Shown here: positions 48,689 through 59,724 of the stretch, one piece after another
Position numbering within the stretch: position 1 is the first letter of the stretch
How the letters are laid out: each line of letters opens with the position of its first letter
Source: Candidatus Atribacteria bacterium UBA6251
Lineage (GTDB): Bacteria > Atribacterota > Phoenicimicrobiia > Phoenicimicrobiales > Phoenicimicrobiaceae
Direction: 5' to 3'
DNA: 64,000 nt
NCBI GenBank assembly: GCA_002441285.1
Contig: DJVR01000034.1
Coordinates: 3,369 to 67,368, forward strand
Program-made: the position numbers and the translations under genes
The notes under the pieces: model-generated
Database searches by the model: none
The model's input: the letters and a program-made list of their open reading frames with translations, nothing else
Told to the model about the DNA's origin: nothing

Positions 48689-51340
48689 TTATTTAAAATA
48701 TGCATATACCTTTTCTAAAACCTGGTTTAATCTTTCAATCTTTGTCCCACCAGCTTGTGCCATTGATTTTTTCCCTCCACCTTTTCCACCAATTAGAGGA
48801 GCAAGATAATTAATGATCTTTACAGCATCAAAACCTTTTTCCACTAAATCATTAGTAACCATTACCAGGAGAATAACTTTATTTTGATTTATTACTGTAC
48901 CCAGCAGGATTACACCTGATTCAATCTTATCTCTTATTAGATCACCCCAGTAACGTAATTCTTCATTATCTGTAGCTTCTATACGTGCGGATACTATCTT
49001 TATTCCTTGAATAACCTGGCTCCTTTTTAATATCTCATTGAGTTCATAAACAGCTAATCTATTTTTATTTACTTTTATCTCTCTTTTTAGATTATTTATT
49101 TCCTCTAAAATTTGGTTCAAACGATGATTAATATCTGCGGGTAGAACATCTAATTTCTGGGCAGCTTGAGATAAAATTTCATCTCTTTCTTGGATATATT
49201 TTAAAGCCTCCTCTCCAGTTACCGCTTCAATTCTTCGTATATTACTTCCAATCCCCTGCTCATTTAATATTTTAAATAATCCTATAGAAGAGGTCTTATC
49301 TAAGTGTGTACCACCACATAATTCTAAACTATAATCTCCAATCTTTATTACTCTGACTTTATCTCCATATTTTTCGTCAAAAAGGGCTATCGCTCCCAGT
49401 TTTTGTGCCTGTTCAAGGCTGGTGATAATCTTCTCAACCGGTAAATCTTCAAATATCTTTTCATTAACTCTTCCCTCTATCCTTTTTAATTCTTCTTTCT
49501 GTAAATAAGTAAAGTGGGTAAAATCAAATCTGAAATGTTTCTCGGTAACCAGAGAACCTGCTTGTCTAACATGTGGACCTAGAACCTCCCTTAAAGCCTG
49601 ATGTAAAAGATGAGTAGAGGTATGATTTCTAGCAATAGCCATTCTTCTTTTTTTATCTACTTGAGCAATTACCGTTTCCTTTGTCCTTATCTCACCTTCT
49701 TCTACAATGCCATAATGAATTATTAAGTTCTCCAGAGGACTCTGGGTGTCAGTAACTTTAAATTTGAAACCTTTTCTATTCAAAGAAACTATTTCCCCTT
49801 GATCGCCAATCTGTCCACCTTTCTCGGCATAAAAAGGAGTTTTATCTAATACAATTTCACATTTCTCCCCATCTGAAGCTAATTCCACCCTTTGGCCTTC
49901 TTTAATAATGGCCAAAACTTGAGCATTAGTTTTATCAGAGTCATATCCGATAAATATTGTCTCTCCTTTTTCCTTCTGGATACTTCTAAATATTTCTTTA
50001 TTTTTCTTATCGTTTTCCAAGTCTATTTTCGAGACAGACCATATTTTTCTTGATTTTTCTTTCTGCAGTTCCATCGCTTTTTCAAATTCTAATTCATTAA
50101 CTGTAAACCCATCTTCTTGAAGTAATTCCTTGGTTAATTCAATGGGAAATCCGTAAGTATCATACAGTTTGAAGGCTTCTTCCCCACTTAAAATTAATTT
50201 ATTTTCCTTCTTCAAGGAGGCTTTCATTGTCTCTAAAATCTGTATCCCAATATTCAAGGTTTCTTGAAACTTTTTTTCTTCACTTAAAATAATCTGACAG
50301 ATTTGATTTTCAGAGGTGGTTAGTTCAGGATAAACATCCTGCATCATATCAATAACCACTGGAGCTATTTCAAAAAGAAATGGGCGGTCAAAATTTAAGC
50401 TCCTTCCATAGCGGAAAGCTCTTCTTAATAACATTCGTAATACATAACCCCTACCTTCATTGGAAGGCATAATTCCATCAGCAATCATAAAGACCAATGC
50501 CCTCATATGGTCAGCAATTACCTTTAAAGCTAAATCTATTTTATGATTCTGTTGATACTTTACTCCTGCATTTTGAGCTACAAAATTGATTATAGGCAAA
50601 AAAAGGTCAGTTTCAAAATCAGTATGAGCCCCCTGCAGGACAGAAGCGATCCTCTCTAATCCTAAACCAGTGTCAATATTCTTTTTAGGTAAAGGAGTAA
50701 GTGATCCATCTTCATTACGATTATATTGCATAAAAACCAGGTTCCATAGTTCAAGGTATCTATCGCCATCTACGCCAACGCCTCCCCCCGTGTTAGAAGC
50801 TCTTTCAGTACCTAAATCAATATATATTTCAGAACAGGGTCCGCAAGGCCCGGTGGGCCCTACTTTCCAGAGATTATCTTCTTCTCCCAAACGAATAATC
50901 TTATGATCCGGAATTCCAATCAGATTGTACCAAATTTCGTATGCCTCTTCATCATCTTTATAGATAGAAACCCATAATTTTTCTTTGGGAAATCCGATAA
51001 CCTCAGTAAATAATTCCCAACTCCACTGAATTGCTTCTTTCTTAAAATAATCTCCAAAAGAAAAATTACCCAACATTTCAAAAAAAGTATGATGGCGGGC
51101 AGTTCTACCTACATTTTCAATATCATTGGTACGCACACATTTTTGACAGGTAGTTGCTCTTTTCATTGCCGATTTTACCTGCCCTAAAAAGATAGGCTTA
51201 AAGGGGACCATACCAGCAATGGTAAGTAAAATAGTAGGATCTGCTGGGATTAGGGAAGCACTGGGAACTATTTTATGTCCTTTACTTTCAAAAAACTTTA
51301 AAAAAAGCGTTCTTATTTCTTTACTACTCATATATTTCAT
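48689..51340 (-). CDS. alaS: Alanyl-tRNA synthetase
   Basis: 883 aa. Class II AlaRS core, editing domain (HTSTHLLH), C-terminal DHHA1. Confidence 0.95.
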   Translation of the reverse strand: MKYMSSKEIRTLFLKFFESKGHKIVPSASLIPADPTILLTIAGMVPFKPIFLGQVKSAMKRATTCQKCVRTNDIENVGRTARHHTFFEMLGNFSFGDYFKKEAIQWSWELFTEVIGFPKEKLWVSIYKDDEEAYEIWYNLIGIPDHKIIRLGEEDNLWKVGPTGPCGPCSEIYIDLGTERASNTGGGVGVDGDRYLELWNLVFMQYNRNEDGSLTPLPKKNIDTGLGLERIASVLQGAHTDFETDLFLPIINFVAQNAGVKYQQNHKIDLALKVIADHMRALVFMIADGIMPSNEGRGYVLRMLLRRAFRYGRSLNFDRPFLFEIAPVVIDMMQDVYPELTTSENQICQIILSEEKKFQETLNIGIQILETMKASLKKENKLILSGEEAFKLYDTYGFPIELTKELLQEDGFTVNELEFEKAMELQKEKSRKIWSVSKIDLENDKKNKEIFRSIQKEKGETIFIGYDSDKTNAQVLAIIKEGQRVELASDGEKCEIVLDKTPFYAEKGGQIGDQGEIVSLNRKGFKFKVTDTQSPLENLIIHYGIVEEGEIRTKETVIAQVDKKRRMAIARNHTSTHLLHQALREVLGPHVRQAGSLVTEKHFRFDFTHFTYLQKEELKRIEGRVNEKIFEDLPVEKIITSLEQAQKLGAIALFDEKYGDKVRVIKIGDYSLELCGGTHLDKTSSIGLFKILNEQGIGSNIRRIEAVTGEEALKYIQERDEILSQAAQKLDVLPADINHRLNQILEEINNLKREIKVNKNRLAVYELNEILKRSQVIQGIKIVSARIEATDNEELRYWGDLIRDKIESGVILLGTVINQNKVILLVMVTNDLVEKGFDAVKIINYLAPLIGGKGGGKKSMAQAGGTKIERLNQVLEKVYAYFK

Positions 51341-51471
51341 CGTCTATCTACTCCTTGCTCAATGAATTGGGTAACCATTTTTAAATTATTTTTTATAGTT
51401 ATATTAATAAAATACATAATTAATATATTATTAATTTTTTATGGTTATTAATAGTTATTAATAGTATAATT

Positions 51472-53187
51472 TTAACCTGCTACTCTTAGAACTTCTTCTA
51501 TAGTAGTAATCCCTTGAAGAGCTTTCTCTAAACCACTTTCCCTCAAGGTTTTCATCCCTTTTTTAATGGATTCTTCCTTGATTATGTCACTGGAAGTTTT
51601 GGATAGAATTAGTGAGCGTATCCTCTCATCTAGCTCCAGGATTTCATAGATAGAAGTTCTACCATAATAACCAGTATCTTTACATAAGGGACAACCTGCT
51701 CCTCTATATAGCTTTACCTGGTTATTCTGATCCAAATCTAATTCTTTTAATATCTCTGGAGGAGGAGGATATTCTTCTTTGCATTTTTCACAAATCACTC
51801 TCACCAATCTTTGGGCTAATACCCCAATTACTGAGGAAGAAATGAGGAAAGGTTCAATGCGCATATCTACCAACCTGGTTAATGCACTGGCTGCATCATT
51901 GGTATGTAAAGTACTTAAAACCAGGTGCCCCGTTAAGGCTGCCTGAATAGCTATCTCAGCAGTTTCTCGATCTCTTATCTCTCCAACCATAACAATATCT
52001 GGATCCTGTCTTAAAATTGATCTTAAGGCATTAGCAAAGTTTAAATTTATCTTCGGTAGAATTTGAATCTGATTAATACGGTTCAGCTTATATTCAACTG
52101 GATCTTCAATGGTAATGATATTTTTCTGTTTATAGTCCATTCTGTTTAAAGCCGCATATAAGGTTGTAGTTTTGCCACTTCCAGTAGGCCCAGTAATTAA
52201 AATAATCCCATAAGATTTGTTAATCATATTTTTAAATTGATTAAGTTGAGGAGTGGAAAAACCAAGTTGTTCTAACTCGATTAAACCTTTACTTTTATCC
52301 AGTAATCGTAATACTGTTTTTTCACCATAAATGGTGGGGATAGTAGAAACTCTAATATCCACCTCTTTACTACCAAATTGAACCTGGAAACCACCATCCT
52401 GGGGAAGCCGCCTTTCTGCAATATCCATCTTGGATAATATCTTTATTCGAGAAACAATAGCGGATTTTACTTTGAAAGGTAAATTTCTGATATCATGTAA
52501 GATTCCATCAATACGAAATCTTACCAGTATCCCTTTTTCATTAGGTTCAAGATGGATATCACTAGCCCGGTCTTTTACCCCTTGCACAATTAACATATTT
52601 ACTAATTGAATTACCGGTGCTTCTCTACTGATAGCTTCTAATTCTCGGAGGTCTTCTTCCCTCTCTTCCTCTTTAAGGATTACCTCGGTATCTAACTTAT
52701 TAAGAATATCATCATATTCTCCTAATTTATAATAACTATTAATGGTATTAATGATATCCTCTTCATCAGATAATACACATTTGACTTTATTTTTCTTAGT
52801 AATGCCTTTTACAAAATCAATGGCATGCACATCAAAGGGATTGGCCATAGCGATTACTAATTCATCTTTATCTACGCTGAGTGGAATTAATTTAAATTGT
52901 AGGGCAATTTTCTCTGGAATAACAGAAATTATTTCCGGATCTATGACCAGTTTGGTTAGATCTACATACTCAGTTTCGTAGATATGCTGCAAGACTTGAT
53001 AAAGCTCTTCCTTAGTTAAAGCTCCCATCTCAATTAAAATCTCCCCTATCTTTTTATTATTTCCTTTTTGTTGAGATTTGAGAGCTTTTTCTAATTGTTG
53101 AGTGGTAATAATTCCTTGGCCAACCAATATTTCTCCCAATTTTTTATTGGAATATTCTTTTCTTATTCTTTCCATAATCATCACCAA
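51472..53187 (-). CDS. Second GspE/PilB-family secretion ATPase (paralog)
   Basis: 571 aa. GSPII_E_N domain, Walker A GPTGSGKTTTLY, CEKC...CPLC. Confidence 0.85.
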   Translation of the reverse strand: MVMIMERIRKEYSNKKLGEILVGQGIITTQQLEKALKSQQKGNNKKIGEILIEMGALTKEELYQVLQHIYETEYVDLTKLVIDPEIISVIPEKIALQFKLIPLSVDKDELVIAMANPFDVHAIDFVKGITKKNKVKCVLSDEEDIINTINSYYKLGEYDDILNKLDTEVILKEEEREEDLRELEAISREAPVIQLVNMLIVQGVKDRASDIHLEPNEKGILVRFRIDGILHDIRNLPFKVKSAIVSRIKILSKMDIAERRLPQDGGFQVQFGSKEVDIRVSTIPTIYGEKTVLRLLDKSKGLIELEQLGFSTPQLNQFKNMINKSYGIILITGPTGSGKTTTLYAALNRMDYKQKNIITIEDPVEYKLNRINQIQILPKINLNFANALRSILRQDPDIVMVGEIRDRETAEIAIQAALTGHLVLSTLHTNDAASALTRLVDMRIEPFLISSSVIGVLAQRLVRVICEKCKEEYPPPPEILKELDLDQNNQVKLYRGAGCPLCKDTGYYGRTSIYEILELDERIRSLILSKTSSDIIKEESIKKGMKTLRESGLEKALQGITTIEEVLRVAG

Positions 53188-53281
53188 GACAATATTAGAT
53201 TTTATTATATACCTTTTTTATCAAGCTTTTTTGTTCCAAATCAAAAATTTAAAAATCTGGGTAAATACCAAGCAGCTAACC

Positions 53282-55288
53282 TTATCTTTTTTTATTCATC
53301 TTATTTTTAAATAAGTCTCCAAATAAATCTTTTAATAATATCTTATCTTCGCTCTGTTTACGGTTATATTCCTTTAAAAATTGTCTTTCTTCTTCCTTTT
53401 CTGCCTTTCTTATACTTAAACTAATCTTTTTCTTTTTGTTATCCAGTTTAGTTACTAGAGTTAATACCTCTTCTCCCTCAGATAGAACATGAGCAGGATT
53501 ATCAATTTTCTGAGGTGAAATTTCGGATAAGGGGACTAAACCATCTACCCCTTCTTCTAGATTAATAAAAGCTCCAAAATCGGTAATTTTAAGCACTCTT
53601 CCTTCAATCAAGGTGCCCACTGGATATTTCTTTTTAACTTCTTCCCAAGGATCGGGGAGTAATCTTTTTTTGCTTAAAGTAATTTGAAGTTTTTCTTGAT
53701 CTATATTCAAAATTTTAAATTCATATTCCTTATCTTTTTTTAATCTCTCGTTGGGATGTTTAACTCTTTTCCAATCAATTTCAGAGAGAGGAATAAAGCC
53801 CTCAATATGGTCCTCTAATTGAACAAAAGCACCAAAATCTTTAATTTTAGTGACCTTCCCTTTTACCACAGCGTCCTTTTTATATCTTTTTTTAATATTA
53901 TCCCAAGGGTTGGGGAGGGTTCTCTTTCTGCTTAAAAAGACTAAATGAGATTCCTTATCGATATTAATCACCTTTAAAGAAAGAACCATATATTTTTTCA
54001 AAATATTTGAAGGTTTTTCGATATATTGCCAGTCTATTTCAGATAAATGTATTACCCCATTCACTCCTGCTTCTAGTTTTACATTAGCACCATAGGAAGT
54101 AACCTGGGTAATTTTACCTTCTACCACTGCTCCAACAGGATATTTCTTTTCAATATCTTCCCAGGGGTCGGGCAACATTTGCTTTAAACCTAAGGCTATT
54201 TTTTTCTTTTCAGGATCTATTTCTAAAATTTTTAATTTCAATAATTCTCCTTCTTTAATTATATCAGCAGGGTTTTTAACATAGGTCCAGGCCATTTCAG
54301 AAACATGTAATAAACCATTAAGACCTTCTTCAATTTCAATAAAGGCACCATAATCCTTAATGGAGATGACTCTTCCTTCGACTTCATTACCTACTGCGTA
54401 TCTTTCTAAGACATTTTCCCAGGGATCGGGAGTGATCTGTTTTATACTCAAAGCAATTTTATTCTTCTCTTTATCAAAATCTATAACCTTTACTCTAATC
54501 TGGTCGCCTAATCTCAATAATTTAGTTGGATCTTTCATTTCTCTGCGAGTAATTTCTGAGATATGTAATAATCCTTCAATACCTCCAATATCTACAAAAG
54601 CACCAAAATTAGTAATATTTTTCACGGTTCCTTCTAATATCTGCCCAACTTGTAAATTATTGAGAGTCTTTTTAAGTAAAGCTTGACGTTCTTTCTCTAC
54701 TATTTTGCGATGAGATAAAATAATTTTATCTTTATTTTTATCTAAATCTATAATTACAAAATCCAATTTTTTACCTATGTATTTATCTAAATCTTTTTCC
54801 TGAATTATATTTGCTTCAATCTGACTACGGGGTACAAATGCTTTTAAACCCAGGTTTACGATTAAACCATCGGAATTCTTATCAATGACTTCTACATTAA
54901 TCTTTTCTTTTTTTCGGTATAGATCAGTTAATTTTCCCCAGAGTTGTACATATTTTGCCCTTTCCTTAGAAAGAATAATCTGTCCGTTCTTTTCATCCAT
55001 ACTATTTATATATACATAAACTTCATCTCCCACCTCTAAGGCATGGGTAATAAGTTTATTTTCTCGGGAAAAAAGAGATTCTTCATTCTTAGGAAGGAAT
55101 CCTTCCATCTTAAAATTTAAATCCAAAAAATAGCCATCTTCATTCGCCTTTACGATCTTTCCTTTTACTATGTCTCCTCTTTTAAATTGTTTCATTTGAT
55201 CTAAAGATTCCTTAAACATTTCCTTAACTTCTTCTTGCTGGTTTATTTTTTCTTCTTTTTTTACTTCAGATTTGTTTTGGTGCTCCAT
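53282..55288 (-). CDS. rpsA: 30S ribosomal protein S1 (multi-S1-domain)
   Basis: 668 aa with six or more S1 RNA-binding repeats. Confidence 0.8.
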   Translation of the reverse strand: MEHQNKSEVKKEEKINQQEEVKEMFKESLDQMKQFKRGDIVKGKIVKANEDGYFLDLNFKMEGFLPKNEESLFSRENKLITHALEVGDEVYVYINSMDEKNGQIILSKERAKYVQLWGKLTDLYRKKEKINVEVIDKNSDGLIVNLGLKAFVPRSQIEANIIQEKDLDKYIGKKLDFVIIDLDKNKDKIILSHRKIVEKERQALLKKTLNNLQVGQILEGTVKNITNFGAFVDIGGIEGLLHISEITRREMKDPTKLLRLGDQIRVKVIDFDKEKNKIALSIKQITPDPWENVLERYAVGNEVEGRVISIKDYGAFIEIEEGLNGLLHVSEMAWTYVKNPADIIKEGELLKLKILEIDPEKKKIALGLKQMLPDPWEDIEKKYPVGAVVEGKITQVTSYGANVKLEAGVNGVIHLSEIDWQYIEKPSNILKKYMVLSLKVINIDKESHLVFLSRKRTLPNPWDNIKKRYKKDAVVKGKVTKIKDFGAFVQLEDHIEGFIPLSEIDWKRVKHPNERLKKDKEYEFKILNIDQEKLQITLSKKRLLPDPWEEVKKKYPVGTLIEGRVLKITDFGAFINLEEGVDGLVPLSEISPQKIDNPAHVLSEGEEVLTLVTKLDNKKKKISLSIRKAEKEEERQFLKEYNRKQSEDKILLKDLFGDLFKNKMNKKR

Positions 55289-55433
55289 AGTTTTTTACTT
55301 CCTTCCCTTTCAAGTATGGTTATATTTTATTATTATATCATATTATAATTTATATTTAATACCATATTCTTAAAAATATATTCTATAATTCATTTCTTTC
55401 TTCAAAGTAAGCTCACAAATTTTATTTAATTTA

Positions 55434-56015
55434 TCAATGTTGCTTTAAGCAGTCTATAATTCTTTTTTCAGTAATTATTTTATGTACTGGAATATCATTT
55501 TCTAAAGCAGGTATATGGTCTACTATCTGTATTTCAAAGGATAAAGCAATAAGGTGGGTGGAAGGATTTATTTTTTTTAAAAAATTATCATAATATCCTT
55601 TACCTCTCCCAATCCGATTACCTCTCATATCAAAAGCAACTCCTGGTAAAATAATAAGTTCTAATTCTTCTGGAGGAGATAAACGAAGATATTCCTGTTT
55701 GGGTTCCCTTATGCCCATACTTCCTCTAGTTAATTCCTGATCATAATTAAGAATTCGGGAAGGTAATAAGTTTACAGAATCTTTAGCAATAATAGGGACA
55801 AAAACCTTTTTCTTCTCTTTTATTGAGGCTTTGATTATCTCTTCGGTTTGAACTTCACTTTTTGTGGATACATAAAACATAATTTTAGAAGATTTAATAT
55901 ACTCGGAAGAATGAAATAAATGATTAAATATTTGTTGGCTCTTTTCTTTTATTTCATTAGGAGTAAGACTTAATCTTTTTTGTAAAATGGTGGTGCGTAT
56001 CTCTTCTTTATTCAT
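55434..56015 (-). CDS. 5-formyltetrahydrofolate cyclo-ligase (MTHFS)
   Basis: 193 aa. MTHFS family sequence (ILPGVAFDMRGNRIGRGKGYYD). Confidence 0.8.
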   Translation of the reverse strand: MNKEEIRTTILQKRLSLTPNEIKEKSQQIFNHLFHSSEYIKSSKIMFYVSTKSEVQTEEIIKASIKEKKKVFVPIIAKDSVNLLPSRILNYDQELTRGSMGIREPKQEYLRLSPPEELELIILPGVAFDMRGNRIGRGKGYYDNFLKKINPSTHLIALSFEIQIVDHIPALENDIPVHKIITEKRIIDCLKQH

Positions 56016-56119
56016 AATTAAATTTTTTTATATTTATTAGTTGGTGGGTATTTTCCTTTAAATTCTAATCAAAATAATATTTAATGTTTATATAATATAG
56101 CATATATATCGTTTTTGTC

Positions 56120-56340
56120 AAAATTATCCTGCTTAAAATGAAAAAATAAAACCCCGCTATGCCGTGTGCTTTAGGTTTTGATACCTGTCCTCAAACAGGT
56201 GGGTATCTACCTAAATGCTTGATGTTTCCGTGTTAACTTAAGCAGTTAACATTTGGTATTTACCAACCTCGCCAGAGGGGTAATGCACCTTAGGCCTACA
56301 TTCCACATTTAGAGATCGATTCCCTATTTAAAATTTGTTG
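56120..56340 (-). ncRNA. Candidate structured ncRNA (possibly 6S RNA/SsrS) upstream of MTHFS
   Basis: A 450-bp gene-free interval, locally GC-richer than its surroundings. Multiple stable hairpins on the minus strand (GUUAACUGCUUAAGUUAAC; GCAUUUAGGUAGAUACC...GGUAUCAAAACCUAAAGC). 6S RNA is frequently encoded immediately upstream of the MTHFS (ygfA) gene. No conserved primary sequence could be verified by eye. Confidence 0.25.
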
Positions 56341-56493
56341 GCTCAAAACTTCATTAGACATCACGAACATAGCAGGGTAGCTTTATTTTGATCTGCTCTA
56401 ATATTAGCATATTTTTATTCTTTTTTCAATAATCCTGGCTATTACACTTGCTCATGAAAAGTAAAAATCATATTATTTAAAAATTATGATAAT

Positions 56494-58326
56494 TTACAAT
56501 TCCATCTTAATATGTAATTCTTTTAATTGTTCAGGTTCAACCTCAGAAGGTGCATCAGTTAAAAGGCAGGTAGCTTTTTGAGTTTTGGGAAAAGCAATTA
56601 CTTCCCTTATAGAGTTTGACCCACTCAGTAGCATAGCTAATCTATCTAGACCAAAAGCTATACCTCCATGGGGAGGAGCACCATACTGAAGAGCCTGTAA
56701 TAAAAATCCAAATTTTTGTTTTGCTCTCTGAGCATCTATGCCTAATAGATTAAAAACCTTAGCTTGAATTTCTGATTGGTGAATTCTAATACTACCTCCC
56801 CCTACTTCGTTACCATTCCACACCAGGTCATAAGCCTTAGAACGAACTTTCCAGGGATAACTTTCTAAAAAATTTAGATCTTCATCTAAGGGCGCGGTAA
56901 AAGGATGATGCACTGATTCATATCTTTTTTCTTCAGAATTAAACACCAAAAGAGGAAAATTGACTACCCAGAGAAAGCAATTCTTTGATTCATTTTTTTT
57001 AATTAATTCAAAATCATTAGCTAATTTAATTCTTAAATTACCCAATGCAGGGTAAAATATTTCGCTTGGTTCAGCCAGTAGTAAAAGATTATCACCGCTT
57101 TGTGCTTTGGTTTTATCCTTTATCCTTTCTAATTCTTCTATCGACAAAAACTTAGCTAATGATGATTGAATCTCCTGTTCATCTTTAAATTTAATGAAGT
57201 AGATTCTTTTTGCGCCATAATTATTTATCCATAAATTCAAGTTATCCTGCATTTTACGGGAAAAGGTTCTGTTTTCTTCTAATTTAATTGCTCCAATTTT
57301 TCCTTTATTTTTTGATATTTCTTGAAAAACAGGGAAAGAACTGTTAGATAATATTTCAGTTAAATCAAAGATTTCCATACCATATCTTAAATCTGGTTTA
57401 TCTGAACCATATTTAGAGATAGCTTCTTGATAATCCATTTTTAAAAAAGGAGTATCAATTCTAATTTCAAATAATTTATCAAATAAATATGCCATCATCT
57501 GTTCAACCAGATTAAATATATCTTCTCGATCGATAAAGGACATTTCAATATCTAATTGAGTAAATTCTGGTGCACGATCAGCCCTTAAATCTTCGTCCCT
57601 AAAACACCTTACTATCTGAAAATACTTCTCAAAACCAGAAATCATTAGTAATTGTTTAAATAATTGTGGTGACTGTGGAAGAGCATAAAATTTACCAGGG
57701 TTTACCCGACTGGGAACAATATAATCTCGTGCTCCTTCGGGAGTACTTTTAGTTAAAAAGGGAGTTTCTATTTCCAGAAATCCTTTACTATCCCAGAATT
57801 TTCTTATTTCCAGACAAAGCTGATGACGTAAGCGAATATTTCTTTGCATCCTCGGCCTTCTTAAATCCAGATATCGATATTTAAAACGTAAATTATCGCT
57901 AATAGTAATTTTATCATCAATCTGAAAAGGTAAAATTGAAGAAGGATTTAATATTTTTAATTCTTCTACTTTTACTTCTATCGCTCCGGTGGATAAATTG
58001 GGATTTTCAGTACCTTTTAAGCGTGATTTTACTATACCTTTTACTGCGATAACATATTCATCTTTAATTTGACGGGCTTTTTGATATGCCTCTAAAGCTT
58101 CTGAAGGATTAAAAACTAGCTGAATAATACCTTCTCTATCACGTAAATTTATAAAAATTAATCCCCCATGATCTCTAACGCTCTGTACCCATCCCATAAG
58201 GATTATCTCTTTACCAATATCATTTTTGTTTAGCTCTCCACAAGAATGAGTTTTTCTCCACTTACCTAAAGTTCCAATACTTTGTTCTGAATTCTTCATC
58301 ATTTTTTTTACTCCTTGTCTGATCAC
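56494..58326 (-). CDS. aspS: Aspartyl-tRNA synthetase
   Basis: 610 aa. N-terminal OB fold, class II motifs, bacterial-type insertion domain. Confidence 0.9.
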   Translation of the reverse strand: MIRQGVKKMMKNSEQSIGTLGKWRKTHSCGELNKNDIGKEIILMGWVQSVRDHGGLIFINLRDREGIIQLVFNPSEALEAYQKARQIKDEYVIAVKGIVKSRLKGTENPNLSTGAIEVKVEELKILNPSSILPFQIDDKITISDNLRFKYRYLDLRRPRMQRNIRLRHQLCLEIRKFWDSKGFLEIETPFLTKSTPEGARDYIVPSRVNPGKFYALPQSPQLFKQLLMISGFEKYFQIVRCFRDEDLRADRAPEFTQLDIEMSFIDREDIFNLVEQMMAYLFDKLFEIRIDTPFLKMDYQEAISKYGSDKPDLRYGMEIFDLTEILSNSSFPVFQEISKNKGKIGAIKLEENRTFSRKMQDNLNLWINNYGAKRIYFIKFKDEQEIQSSLAKFLSIEELERIKDKTKAQSGDNLLLLAEPSEIFYPALGNLRIKLANDFELIKKNESKNCFLWVVNFPLLVFNSEEKRYESVHHPFTAPLDEDLNFLESYPWKVRSKAYDLVWNGNEVGGGSIRIHQSEIQAKVFNLLGIDAQRAKQKFGFLLQALQYGAPPHGGIAFGLDRLAMLLSGSNSIREVIAFPKTQKATCLLTDAPSEVEPEQLKELHIKMEL

Positions 58327-58371
58327 TTTAGTTATGTAATATAAATATTTTTCTTTAATGTAAATTATTAA

Positions 58372-59667
58372 TTAAGGGTAAATTTTATTTAGCATTCTAG
58401 GAAAAGGAATTGTTTCGCGGACATGATTTAAACCACAAATCCAGGCCACAGTTCTTTCGATCCCCAGACCAAAGCCGGAATGGGGTACAGAACCATATTT
58501 TCTTAAATCTAAATACCACTCATAATCTTTGCGTGGAAGATTATGTTCTTCTATTTTTTGTAGTAATAAGTTATAATCATCAATTCTTTGCCCCCCACCG
58601 ATGATTTCTCCATATCCTTCTGGAGCTATTAAATCAGCACATAATACTACTTCTGGTCGCTGTGGATCTGGTTTCATATAGAAAGCTTTACATTTTGTGG
58701 GATAATGATGAATAAACACTGGCTTATCAAAACTTTGAGAAATAACAGTTTCTTCATCTCCTCCAAAATCATCTCCCCATTCAATCTGCATTCCTTTTTC
58801 TTTTAACATATTTATAGCCTGATCATAGGCTAAACGAGGAAAGGGAATTTGTATTTTTTCCAATTTGGAGATATCTCTCTCTAATACAATTAATTCTGCC
58901 CGTTTATTTTTTAGCACTTGCTTTACAATATAAGTGATTAATCGTTCTTGTATCTGATTATTTTCCTCTAGTTCAACAAAAGCTGCCTCAGGTTCTACCA
59001 TCCAGAATTCCATTAAATGTCGACGTGTTTTTGATTTTTCTGCTCTAAAAGTAGGACCAAAACAGTATACTTTCCCAAAAGCCATTGCGGAAGCTTCATT
59101 GTATAATTGACCACTTTGAGTCAAATATGCTTTATCTTCAAAATAATTGGTCTCAAATAAAGTAGTGGTTCCTTCACAGGCAGCAGGAGTTAGAATTGGT
59201 GCATCTACCAAGATAAAACCTTCTTGATCTAAAAAATTACGAATAGCTTTAATTATCTCTGCCCGAATGCGTAAAACAGCATTCTGTCTAGTTGATCTTA
59301 ACCAAAGATGTCGAAAATCCATTAGAAATCCAACCCCATGTTCTTTTAAAGAAATGGGGTAATCTTTCTGGGCATTATGGATTACTTGTAAATCTTTTAA
59401 AAGTATTTCATAACCTAGGGGTGCTCTTTTTTCTTTTTTTACCCGTCCTGCTATTCTTATAGCAGATTCATATTCTATCTCTCCTATCTTTTCAAATAGT
59501 TCTTTTTCTACCTCACTTTTAATGATAGTAACCTGAATATAGCCAGAACCATCTCGGATAATTAAAAATTTTATACTGCCACTGGACCTTTTATTGTAAA
59601 GCCAACCTTTTATTTCTACCTCTTGATCTGCATAATTACTAATTTCCGATATACGGATGGTTTGCAT
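58372..59667 (-). CDS. asnS: Asparaginyl-tRNA synthetase
   Basis: 431 aa. [21 protein letters not shown] is the AsnRS-type motif 2. Confidence 0.8.
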   Translation of the reverse strand: MQTIRISEISNYADQEVEIKGWLYNKRSSGSIKFLIIRDGSGYIQVTIIKSEVEKELFEKIGEIEYESAIRIAGRVKKEKRAPLGYEILLKDLQVIHNAQKDYPISLKEHGVGFLMDFRHLWLRSTRQNAVLRIRAEIIKAIRNFLDQEGFILVDAPILTPAACEGTTTLFETNYFEDKAYLTQSGQLYNEASAMAFGKVYCFGPTFRAEKSKTRRHLMEFWMVEPEAAFVELEENNQIQERLITYIVKQVLKNKRAELIVLERDISKLEKIQIPFPRLAYDQAINMLKEKGMQIEWGDDFGGDEETVISQSFDKPVFIHHYPTKCKAFYMKPDPQRPEVVLCADLIAPEGYGEIIGGGQRIDDYNLLLQKIEEHNLPRKDYEWYLDLRKYGSVPHSGFGLGIERTVAWICGLNHVRETIPFPRMLNKIYP

Positions 59668-59724
59668 TAATTACCACTCCTTTTGTTACTTTATTTATTC
59701 AAAAATTTCTATGGATTGAAAATT

